Source of the DNA: Stygiolobus sp. CP850M
GTDB lineage: Archaea > Thermoproteota > Thermoprotei_A > Sulfolobales > Sulfolobaceae
Reading direction: 5' to 3'
Length of the DNA: 24,000 nucleotides
Assembly (NCBI RefSeq): GCF_037389425.1
Contig: NZ_JBBHKR010000043.1
Location: forward strand, 1-24,000
Shown here: positions 1 to 7,050 of the stretch, piece after piece
Position numbering within the stretch: position 1 is the stretch's first letter
Layout: every line of letters starts with the position of its first letter
Made by a program: the position numbers and the translations under genes
The notes under the pieces: generated by a model
The model's input: the letters and a program-made list of their open reading frames with translations, nothing else
Databases searched by the model: none
Told to the model about the DNA's origin: nothing

Positions 1-352
1 TTAGAAATCTAGGAGCTCTTCTGAACTTTTGGCTAGGGTTTATGTTATTCTGAGGGTCTTTGATAAAAAGTACTTTTTTGTCGTAAATATCAATAGGAAT
101 TACGTACCCTGGATCATGATGGTCATAATGGTAATGAGTAACAATGATTACATCAACATCATTAGAAACCTCAAAGATTTTTTTAGCTAGCTCGCCTAGT
201 CTGTCAACTTCTAATTGATGAGGGGGTAAATTATACCTCCTCGGAGCAAGTGAAACAGCAGGATCTACCAGAATTCTTACGTCATTAGTCTCTATAAGTG
301 TAGCTTGAGATCTTACCCCTAAGCTTTCGAAGGCTAGCGGTTTAACTTCCAT
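1..352 (-). CDS. MBL-fold metallo-hydrolase, UPF0282-like (C-terminal part lies beyond the window edge)
   Basis: Reverse-strand ORF with ATG at 352-350 that runs off the left edge. Translation is [33 protein letters not shown]...[16 protein letters not shown], which contains an HxHxDH-type metallo-beta-lactamase motif. The N-terminus resembles archaeal UPF0282 proteins as I remember them. Confidence 0.6.
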   Translation of the reverse strand, partial: MEVKPLAFESLGVRSQATLIETNDVRILVDPAVSLAPRRYNLPPHQLEVDRLGELAKKIFEVSNDVDVIIVTHYHYDHHDPGYVIPIDIYDKKVLFIKDPQNNINPSQKFRRAPRFL

Positions 353-374
353 AACTTTACTCTTCTCTCAAGGA

Positions 375-707
375 TTAAAATCTCATTGTGGTTATGTCCA
401 TTATTGCTTCCCTTAAGGATCTTTTCAGCTCTTGAATATCTCTGTACGCCATTCTGAGCCCGTAGTTAGTGCGTCTTTCCATTAACTTTCCTATTCCGTA
501 GATTGCAAATCCAGAGATAGTAGTTATGTGAAAAGGATCGTCGAGTCCGAAGGCGATAAATTTCCCTACAGCTTGGACTGTTCCTCCCTTTACTTCATAA
601 TCTCCTAATATCTCTTTAAACGTGTTTTTCATACTTATGATCTGTGTGGAGAAACGATTTAAAGGAGAACGCATCGTATCAAGGTATTTTAACGTAATAA
701 GACCCAT
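375..707 (-). CDS. hypothetical protein, 110 aa, no recognisable motif
   Basis: Clean ORF with an ATG start. A TATA-like element (729-735) lies about 25 nt upstream on the minus strand. The downstream MBL gene follows after 22 nt, so the two are probably co-transcribed. Confidence 0.45.
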   Translation of the reverse strand: MGLITLKYLDTMRSPLNRFSTQIISMKNTFKEILGDYEVKGGTVQAVGKFIAFGLDDPFHITTISGFAIYGIGKLMERRTNYGLRMAYRDIQELKRSLREAIMDITTMRF

Positions 708-758
708 GTGTATTACCTCACAAAAGAATTTTAAACAAGATAAGACAGTGTTTAATTA

Positions 759-1943
759 ATGCTAGATGACATCATTGCCATATTCAGTATCTTAGTCTCA
801 GGCTGGAGTGTTTATAATTCACTTTTAGCGATGTATGGTTTCACATGGTCTCCTACAAAACACACGAACTATTCTGGCAAGACATTTTCTATTATTATAC
901 CCGCTAAAAACGAGGAAAAAGTCCTACCGCGACTTCTAGATAGGTTGATAAACCAAGAGTACGATAAGTCCAAATACGAAATAATAGTAGTTGAGGACGG
1001 TTCTACTGACAAAACGTATGAAGTATGTAAACAATACGAAGAAACTTACAGTAGAGATTTCATAAAATGTCTTAAGTTAGATCAGCCTAAAGTACCTAAC
1101 GGGAAAAGTAGGGCTCTGAATTATGCATTAAAAATAGCCAATAATGAAATTATAGGAATTTTTGATGCCGATACAGTTCCGAAATTAGATGTCTTAAACC
1201 AAGCATCTTCTTGGTTTGATAAGAATGAGGTGGTTGCTGTACAAGGGAAACTAATACCGATTAACGTAACGGAAAATATTGTGACAAGGTTTGCGAGTAT
1301 TGAAGAACTCTTCCATGAATACTCTATTGCCGGTAGGGCACGCTTGGGCTTATTTGTGCCCCTTGAAGGGACTTGTACTTTCATAAGGAAAGAAACGCTG
1401 GAGAAAATAGGAGGGTGGAATGAGTTCACCTTAACCGAGGACCTCGACTTAAGTATATCCTTAATCTCTCAAGGTTTTCAAATAAAATATGACCCTATGA
1501 TAATAGCCTGGCGAGAAGTACCATCCAGCCTAAGATGGTTGGTCAAACAAAGGTTAAGATGGTATAGGGGACATTTCGAAGTAACGATAAGATTGCCCCA
1601 AGGCAAAAAACTAGACCCTAAAATAATAGACGGATTCTTACTCATAGGTACGCCTTTATTAATGGTATTGAATTTAGTTAATTATTCATTAGTGTTAATC
1701 TACTCCACATCTCTGTTTGTTATAGCTGCATCCTTCGTTTCAGCAGCCTCGTTTATCTCCTTCATAGTAACCGTCACTATTTCAAGAAAACATCTTATTG
1801 AATCCTATTACTCAATATTATCACTCATTTACATGAATTTCGTTGTTCTCTTAAATTTAACAGCACTATTTATGGAAATCGTCAGAGCACCTAAGGTCTG
1901 GATAAAGACGGAGAGGAGTGGAAAAATAACATCGGAGGTCTAG
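759..1943 (+). CDS. membrane-bound family-2 glycosyltransferase, processive type (cellulose/chitin/hyaluronan-synthase-like)
   Basis: GT2 motifs are present in order: IIIPAKNEE, VVEDGSTD, FDAD (DxD), TEDLDLS and QRLRWYRG (the Q-x-x-R-W signature of processive beta-glycosyltransferases). There is one N-terminal hydrophobic segment and several C-terminal ones. Confidence 0.85.
   Translation: MLDDIIAIFSILVSGWSVYNSLLAMYGFTWSPTKHTNYSGKTFSIIIPAKNEEKVLPRLLDRLINQEYDKSKYEIIVVEDGSTDKTYEVCKQYEETYSRDFIKCLKLDQPKVPNGKSRALNYALKIANNEIIGIFDADTVPKLDVLNQASSWFDKNEVVAVQGKLIPINVTENIVTRFASIEELFHEYSIAGRARLGLFVPLEGTCTFIRKETLEKIGGWNEFTLTEDLDLSISLISQGFQIKYDPMIIAWREVPSSLRWLVKQRLRWYRGHFEVTIRLPQGKKLDPKIIDGFLLIGTPLLMVLNLVNYSLVLIYSTSLFVIAASFVSAASFISFIVTVTISRKHLIESYYSILSLIYMNFVVLLNLTALFMEIVRAPKVWIKTERSGKITSEV
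1934..1938 (+). promoter_or_regulatory. Shine-Dalgarno-like GGAGG for the operon-internal Cas4-like gene
   Basis: GGAGG sits 7 nt upstream of the ATG at 1946, inside the last codons of the glycosyltransferase gene. Distal operon genes in Sulfolobales typically use SD motifs. Confidence 0.5.
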
Positions 1944-1945
1944 AG

Positions 1946-2554
1946 ATGATAATAGATGAGTTAGTTAATTCAAAAATCATTGACACATTATCACATAAGC
2001 GTGAGGATAAAGTATTATACGTCACAGATCTAGTTAGATGTGCTCTTAAGATAAAATACGAAGAAAAATATAAGGAACTTTCCTTAGCAGAGTCGATTAA
2101 ACCGTCTGCAATTCTCGGGGATTTAGTCCATGAAGGGCTGGAGAAATTCCTAGCTGAGAAATTTAATGCAAAGTTGGAAGTAGAAAGTGAGAAGCAAGTT
2201 ACATTAGCTCAAGACGTGTACAAAATAAAAGGCAGAGCAGACGCGATCATTGAGGGAGAAAAGAAAATAGTTATAGAAATTAAAACAGCTAGAGCTGATA
2301 AAGGCTTACCGTTAGAACATCATAAACAGCAGTTGAGGTTATACTTGTGGCTTTTCGACGCCAATGAAGGGATCCTAGTCTACATTACCCCGGATAGAGT
2401 AACGGAATACAGTATCCGTAATAAGGCTGAGGACGACGAAGTGATAAGACTTGTAGAGGAGACAATCAAATTGCTGAAAACCCCCCGATATAACTGGGAA
2501 TGCAGTTATTGCATCTTTAACGTAATATGCCCAGAGTCTAGGAAAAACAAGTGA
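1946..2554 (+). CDS. Cas4-family PD-(D/E)xK nuclease with 4-Cys (Fe-S) cluster, not CRISPR-associated
   Basis: The 202-aa product carries Cys32, GDLVHEG, GRAD (Asp99), EIK (Glu111/Lys113), QQLRLY and a C-terminal C186-x2-C189-x5-C195. This is the full RecB-like/Cas4 (DUF83) motif set. The gene starts 2 nt after the GT2 stop. Confidence 0.8.
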   Translation: MIIDELVNSKIIDTLSHKREDKVLYVTDLVRCALKIKYEEKYKELSLAESIKPSAILGDLVHEGLEKFLAEKFNAKLEVESEKQVTLAQDVYKIKGRADAIIEGEKKIVIEIKTARADKGLPLEHHKQQLRLYLWLFDANEGILVYITPDRVTEYSIRNKAEDDEVIRLVEETIKLLKTPRYNWECSYCIFNVICPESRKNK

Positions 2555-2570
2555 AAACGTCTGTTATTAT

Positions 2571-2578
2571 TTTATATT
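2571..2578 (+). promoter_or_regulatory. TATA box for thiDN (leaderless transcript)
   Basis: TTTATATT is centred about 29 nt upstream of the ATG at 2604. Confidence 0.5.
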
Positions 2579-2603
2579 TTGATTGCCAGAGTTTTTACAC
2601 AAT

Positions 2604-3818
2604 ATGGAAACCAGAAAAAGACCTACCGTAATGACTATAGCTGGAAGCGATTCTGGTGGAGGGGCTGGGTTACAAGCAGATCTAAAAACCTTCACTTCTT
2701 TAGGAGTTTTCGGAACTACAATTATTACTGGACTGACAGCTCAAAACACTCAAGGAGTCTATAAAGTCTTAGAGGTACCTTTAGATTTCATAGAAGCACA
2801 GTTTGACGTAGTAATGAAAGATCTTTCACCTCAATTTGCCAAGACAGGTATGCTAGCTAACTCATCAATAGTTAAACTAGTAGAGAAAAAAATCTTGGAG
2901 TATTCAATAAAACTAGTTTTAGACCCAGTGATGGTAGCCAAGAGCGGAGATCAACTCGTAACTGAGGACACCGTTGAGGCTTTGAAAAGCCTTATGAAAC
3001 ATTCCCTTATTACGACACCTAACAAGTTTGAAGCCGAGAAGCTCACGTCCCAGAAGATAAATAGTATGGAAGATTTGATGAAAGCAGCGAAAAAAATCTA
3101 TGAGGAACAAGGCGTGAACGTTGTTGTTAAAGGAGGATCTACTTTAGGGGGAATTGATGCTGCTATAATTAACGGAAACGTAATAACCCTAAGGGGAGAA
3201 GAGGTAAATACTACTAACACACATGGAAGCGGAGACGTGTTCTCAGCCGCAATTACAGCCTATCTGGCTAAAGGAGAGACCTTAGAGAACGCCGTGAGGC
3301 TAGCTAAAAATTATGTTAATGAAAGCATAAAGTTCTCCCTATCCCTAGGAAAAGGGCACGGTCCGGTAGATCCCTTCGCCCCTATAGAAAGAATAGTAGA
3401 GAGAGAACAAGCAAGAAGTACTATTGAGAAAATACTATGGAACATTGAAAAGGAACCAGAGTTAATTACTACTTTATTAGATGAGGAGGATAAGTCGAAT
3501 CTTGCAGTAGCAACAAGTTACGGAGATATTGCGAGCCTTGCTGGAGGGATAATCAGATACCTTGATAAGCTAAAACTTGACGGACCGATATTAGTTAATA
3601 TAAACAATAAAGTTACTGAAGTAGCTAGAAAGTATAACAAAAAGATAGTATTATCCTTAACAGTTACAGATCGACTATTGAAAAAAGCTGAAGAAGGAAA
3701 AATAATACCTACTACCAGTGGTAAGACCGGGGATGTGATAATTGAAGGTGGAAGAGCTTATCTGACAGCTTATAGTTGCGAGGAATTAATAGGCAAATTG
3801 AGGGCTTTGACAAAATGA
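2604..3818 (+). CDS. thiDN: bifunctional ThiD (HMP/HMP-P kinase) - ThiN (thiamine-phosphate synthase) fusion
   Basis: The N-terminal [21 protein letters not shown] and [11 protein letters not shown] motifs are typical of ThiD. About 140 extra C-terminal residues match the archaeal ThiN-type domain architecture. I chose the ATG at 2604 over the TTG at 2583 because of TATA spacing. Confidence 0.85.
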   Translation: METRKRPTVMTIAGSDSGGGAGLQADLKTFTSLGVFGTTIITGLTAQNTQGVYKVLEVPLDFIEAQFDVVMKDLSPQFAKTGMLANSSIVKLVEKKILEYSIKLVLDPVMVAKSGDQLVTEDTVEALKSLMKHSLITTPNKFEAEKLTSQKINSMEDLMKAAKKIYEEQGVNVVVKGGSTLGGIDAAIINGNVITLRGEEVNTTNTHGSGDVFSAAITAYLAKGETLENAVRLAKNYVNESIKFSLSLGKGHGPVDPFAPIERIVEREQARSTIEKILWNIEKEPELITTLLDEEDKSNLAVATSYGDIASLAGGIIRYLDKLKLDGPILVNINNKVTEVARKYNKKIVLSLTVTDRLLKKAEEGKIIPTTSGKTGDVIIEGGRAYLTAYSCEELIGKLRALTK

Positions 3819-4684
3819 TAACTGTCGTTGGAAGTTATAACGTGGACTTCATCTTAAAGGTAGATAAATTCCCTGAAGAAGGAGAGACTGTCTTCATCAA
3901 AGACATTTATATAAGCCACGGCGGTAAGGGATCTAACCAAGCTGTCTCGGCATCAAGATTAGGAGCTAAAGTTAAATTGATTGCGGCTGTAGGTAATGAT
4001 GAGTACGGCAGAAGGGCAATAAGCTTTTGGGAAGACGAAAAGATAGACGTGGGATATGTTAAAATAAAGAATGCACCTACCGGCTCAGCATATATTATTG
4101 TAAACGAGAACGGTCAGAATATGATAGTGGTAAACAGAGGTGCGAATATCTTTCTTTTACCTGAAGACTTAAACAGTGAATTAAAAGGTGAAGTAGTGCT
4201 AACGCAGTTAGAAATAAGGGAAGACACTGTGAAAAAGGCTTTGAGAGAGTTTAACGGATTGAGAATTTTAAATCCAGCTCCTGCGACTCTTAACGATATT
4301 TCAATCTTGGACTATGTAGACATCCTCACTCCCAATGAAGTGGAATTTAAAGAGTTGAGTGGTGCTGACGATCTAGATTACGGTATCGAAGTGTTGTTAA
4401 AAAAAGTAAAAAAGGCTGTAATAATAACATTAGGAGAAAAAGGTGCATTAATAGGGATGAGGAATAAGAGAATAAGAGTGGAAACAATGAAGGTTAACGC
4501 TATTGACACAACTGGTGCTGGTGATGTATTTAACGCGACGTTGGCTGTGTATTTAGAAAAAGGTTATGAAATTGAGAGGGCAGTAAGAATAGCTAACATA
4601 ATTGCAGCGTATTCGACCACTAAGATTGGAGCTTTAGGTCCTAGGTTAGAGGAGGTGAAAAGTTTAATTGAGGAAGAAGCTTAG
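3815..4684 (+). CDS. rbsK: ribokinase (PfkB family)
   Basis: [25 protein letters not shown] and DTTGAGDVF are the ribokinase signature motifs. The ATG at 3815 overlaps the thiDN TGA (ATGA, 3815-3818). Confidence 0.8.
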   Translation: MITVVGSYNVDFILKVDKFPEEGETVFIKDIYISHGGKGSNQAVSASRLGAKVKLIAAVGNDEYGRRAISFWEDEKIDVGYVKIKNAPTGSAYIIVNENGQNMIVVNRGANIFLLPEDLNSELKGEVVLTQLEIREDTVKKALREFNGLRILNPAPATLNDISILDYVDILTPNEVEFKELSGADDLDYGIEVLLKKVKKAVIITLGEKGALIGMRNKRIRVETMKVNAIDTTGAGDVFNATLAVYLEKGYEIERAVRIANIIAAYSTTKIGALGPRLEEVKSLIEEEA

Positions 4685-4777
4685 AATCAAGAAAACCGAA
4701 GAAAAAGAAGAAGGGCACAAGTGTATAGGTTTATGTTGTGATGATTTGGTAAGTATTGAAGAACGAGATGATGTGAA

Positions 4778-5473
4778 ATGAAGATCATATTCTTAGGGAC
4801 TGGTGCTGGAGCCACCTTCGGGAGCAAGAGAATGAAAGCGGGTATTTACGTAAAGGGAGAAAAAAATTCCGTAGTCTTAGACATGGGTACTGGAGCTAAT
4901 TTTAAGTTAGAAGATATGGGATTACTGGACTTTTCGACATTATTCATTACACACTTACACATCGATCACTTTAACGGAATTTTCGACCATCTAGTCCAGA
5001 GAAAACTGAAGGGATTACAGACCTTGAGGATATATTCCCCTAAGGGGCTCACGGAAGTCCTTAACACGTATATAAAAAGCGGAAATAACATATACGCTGA
5101 AGTAATAGAATCTGATTTGCCTTCGGCGGAAGTAGGTGAACTTCAAGTTTACTCTATAAAAGGATGTCATAGCATATATGATGTAGCGTATGTAATTTCC
5201 GACGGTAAGAAGAAAATACTTTACACTGGAGACACAGCTGAACCTTGTGAAGACATTCTTAAAGAGTCCGAAAAAGTAGACTTAGTAATCCACGAGAGCA
5301 GTTGTATAGACGATTGTTCAAAATGGGGGCATACGTCCCTTAAACAACTCATGGAGCTTTTTCCGAGAGAGAAACTAATTCTCACTCACATTCCCGCTCA
5401 AATAGAAGATGAAATTAGAAAATTGGCTAAAGGATATAATATAGCTTTTGATGGTTTTATAATGGATGTGTAG
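4778..5473 (+). CDS. MBL-fold metallo-hydrolase (RNase Z/PhnP-like size, 231 aa)
   Basis: A glycine-rich N-terminus (FLGTGAG) and a THLHIDHFNG HxHxDH motif are followed by downstream D/H residues (TGDT, HES, GHTS). Confidence 0.75.
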   Translation: MKIIFLGTGAGATFGSKRMKAGIYVKGEKNSVVLDMGTGANFKLEDMGLLDFSTLFITHLHIDHFNGIFDHLVQRKLKGLQTLRIYSPKGLTEVLNTYIKSGNNIYAEVIESDLPSAEVGELQVYSIKGCHSIYDVAYVISDGKKKILYTGDTAEPCEDILKESEKVDLVIHESSCIDDCSKWGHTSLKQLMELFPREKLILTHIPAQIEDEIRKLAKGYNIAFDGFIMDV

Positions 5474-6191
5474 ATTACTGGCATTCGACGTAAAAGAGAA
5501 AGTCGAGCTAGAAGTGATTAAGGCCTTCGTAAATGCTACTAAAAATGACATTTATTTTAAATATATCTCACATTCTCACGGTTGGGGAATATCGGCGATA
5601 ATTGAAATAAACGGTAAACACAAGCTAGTCTATTATAAATCTCCGGAACCAATATACGAGGATGAGTTCTTTTACAATATTGTTAACTTACTAAAAGGTG
5701 ATAGGGTTACCGGTATAATCCACGCTAGAAAGGCTGGGAAAGAATTCCTTATAGGGTTAAGGCATAACCACCCCTACCACATGAAAACTAAGACCCATGA
5801 CCTTTACTTCGCTCATAACGGTTCAATAAACAGGAAGGCTTTCAGCCAGCCAGATTACCCTAGTACGGATAGCTATCTATTCTTTCTGGAGTTAGTTAAG
5901 GCCTTAGAGAGCTCTCAACAAGGGATAGAAAGAGTTTACAAACAAGTAATAGATAATTTAAGTAAGTTCTCTTCAAGCTTAAATTCGGCTCTCCTTACTT
6001 TTAATGAAATAGAGGGACCGGTAGTCTACTTCGCTCACTACTATAATAAGGAGAGGATTAAAGAGATGGAAGAATATTATAAAGTGTACAAGTACGGAAA
6101 TTACGTCTTCTCTTCTACGGTAGGATATTATCTTAATAGAGACGTCGAAAGTGTTGAATTGGGAAGAGTAATCAGATTGTTAAATGATTAA
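5466..6191 (+). CDS. class-II (Ntn) glutamine amidotransferase-like protein
   Basis: The product starts MCRLLAF, so Cys2 becomes the N-terminal nucleophile. An HARKA...NHPY...FAHNGSI pattern typical of the Gn_AT_II / YafJ-like fold follows. The gene overlaps the upstream MBL gene by 8 nt. Confidence 0.7.
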   Translation: MCRLLAFDVKEKVELEVIKAFVNATKNDIYFKYISHSHGWGISAIIEINGKHKLVYYKSPEPIYEDEFFYNIVNLLKGDRVTGIIHARKAGKEFLIGLRHNHPYHMKTKTHDLYFAHNGSINRKAFSQPDYPSTDSYLFFLELVKALESSQQGIERVYKQVIDNLSKFSSSLNSALLTFNEIEGPVVYFAHYYNKERIKEMEEYYKVYKYGNYVFSSTVGYYLNRDVESVELGRVIRLLND

Positions 6192-6195
6192 AGAA

Positions 6196-6203
6196 TTTAA
6201 ATA
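6196..6203 (+). promoter_or_regulatory. TATA box for the TnpB-like gene (leaderless transcript)
   Basis: TTTAAATA is centred about 27 nt upstream of the ATG at 6226, immediately after the preceding stop codon. Confidence 0.5.
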
Positions 6204-6225
6204 AACTAGATGAGAAATTTATTTT

Positions 6226-7050
6226 ATGCCAAAAGAAGAGATAGTTGAAGCTAAAATTTTAGACTATGGTAAGCTAAAAACAATATATAGCTCAATCCAA
6301 TTCGCCAGAGCTTATGCTAAAATAGTGAAAGACGGACCACCTCCTAGGGATATACCTAAGGAATTGTACTATCAAGCTCTACAGTCTAATGAAATAAGAT
6401 ATGGACCGCTGAAGGTGATAAACAACGGAAATTTAATCAAGATAGCTGAAGTTAACGCTCTAGTTAAGTCCGATAGAGAAGGAATACCTCTCTACGCTAT
6501 AGTGGATTTCACAGACGGAATCAAAGTATACCTTGCTTATGAAAAGCCAAAGACAGTCGTGGGTGTGGATATCGGTGTAAGACATTTGTTTACTATCGTG
6601 GCAATCAGGGGGACGACACCTTGGAAAGTAAGGTACTGGGGTAATGAAGTCATAATAAACGAAATGATTAAAATTTTAGGAGATCCACAAGGTTTGCCAG
6701 AACTTAAAAACATGAGATCGAAAATAAAAGGAATCGTAGATGAGGCAGTAAAGTTTATAGATGAACTTGAGCCAAAAGTCGTGGCATTAGAAGACTTAAA
6801 ACTATTTGAAGGTAAGGCAGGTCAAGCCCTAAGAGTAGTTGAGGAGATGTTGGAAGAAAGACTGTACAATGCTGGAATTAGGTATAGGAGGTTATCTCCG
6901 TTTAATACAAGCAAGATCTGCTCTAAGTGCGGATATAAGAAAGGAGAAATAATGGGACCTTTATTTGTATGTCCTGCCTGCGGATTTAAGTCCGAAAGAG
7001 ATTATAACGCAGCTTATAATCTAGCTCTTCAGTGCTACTACCAATGCTAG
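6226..7050 (+). CDS. hypercompact TnpB-like (IS200/IS605 OrfB-type) RuvC nuclease with zinc ribbon, 274 aa
   Basis: GVDIG (Asp115), VALEDL (Glu189), FNTSKICSKCG-x13-CPACG (CxxC...CxxC) and SERDYNAAYNLA (Asp259) occur in the canonical TnpB order. Only about 113 residues precede RuvC-I. No tnpA or terminal hairpins were seen. Confidence 0.7.
   Translation: MPKEEIVEAKILDYGKLKTIYSSIQFARAYAKIVKDGPPPRDIPKELYYQALQSNEIRYGPLKVINNGNLIKIAEVNALVKSDREGIPLYAIVDFTDGIKVYLAYEKPKTVVGVDIGVRHLFTIVAIRGTTPWKVRYWGNEVIINEMIKILGDPQGLPELKNMRSKIKGIVDEAVKFIDELEPKVVALEDLKLFEGKAGQALRVVEEMLEERLYNAGIRYRRLSPFNTSKICSKCGYKKGEIMGPLFVCPACGFKSERDYNAAYNLALQCYYQC

Noticed and set aside
3815-4684. Interpreting the PfkB kinase after thiDN as hydroxyethylthiazole kinase (ThiM) because of its thiamine neighbour.
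   Set aside because: The motifs GGKGSNQA, NPAP and DTTGAGD and the 289-aa length match ribokinase proper. ThiM belongs to a different branch of the superfamily and lacks these signatures.
4733-4776. Three tiny upstream ORFs ahead of the MBL gene: ATG TTG TGA (4733-4741), ATG ATT TGG TAA (4741-4752) and ATG ATG TGA (4768-4776).
   Set aside because: They are only 2-3 codons long, have no SD or promoter evidence, and such ATG...TGA strings arise easily by chance in AT-rich spacers. I cannot distinguish them from noise without ribosome profiling.
4738-4790. A possible C/D-box sRNA in the 93-nt spacer. It has GTGATGA (4738-4744, a perfect C box), a degenerate TTGA/TGAA about 12 nt later and an ATGATGT C'-like box (4768-4774).
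   Set aside because: No CTGA D box follows at the required spacing of about 12 nt (the sequence reads ATAT, then CDS). There is no terminal stem, and the 3' part would overlap the start of the MBL gene. The repeated TGATGA-like strings are more simply explained as stop/start-rich AT sequence.
6226-7050. Annotating the TnpB-like gene as an active IS200/IS605 mobile element.
   Set aside because: There is no tnpA and I see no subterminal imperfect-palindrome hairpins on either side. The gene is flanked within 34 nt upstream, and with a 4-nt overlap downstream, by ordinary metabolic genes. I therefore call it a CDS rather than a mobile element.
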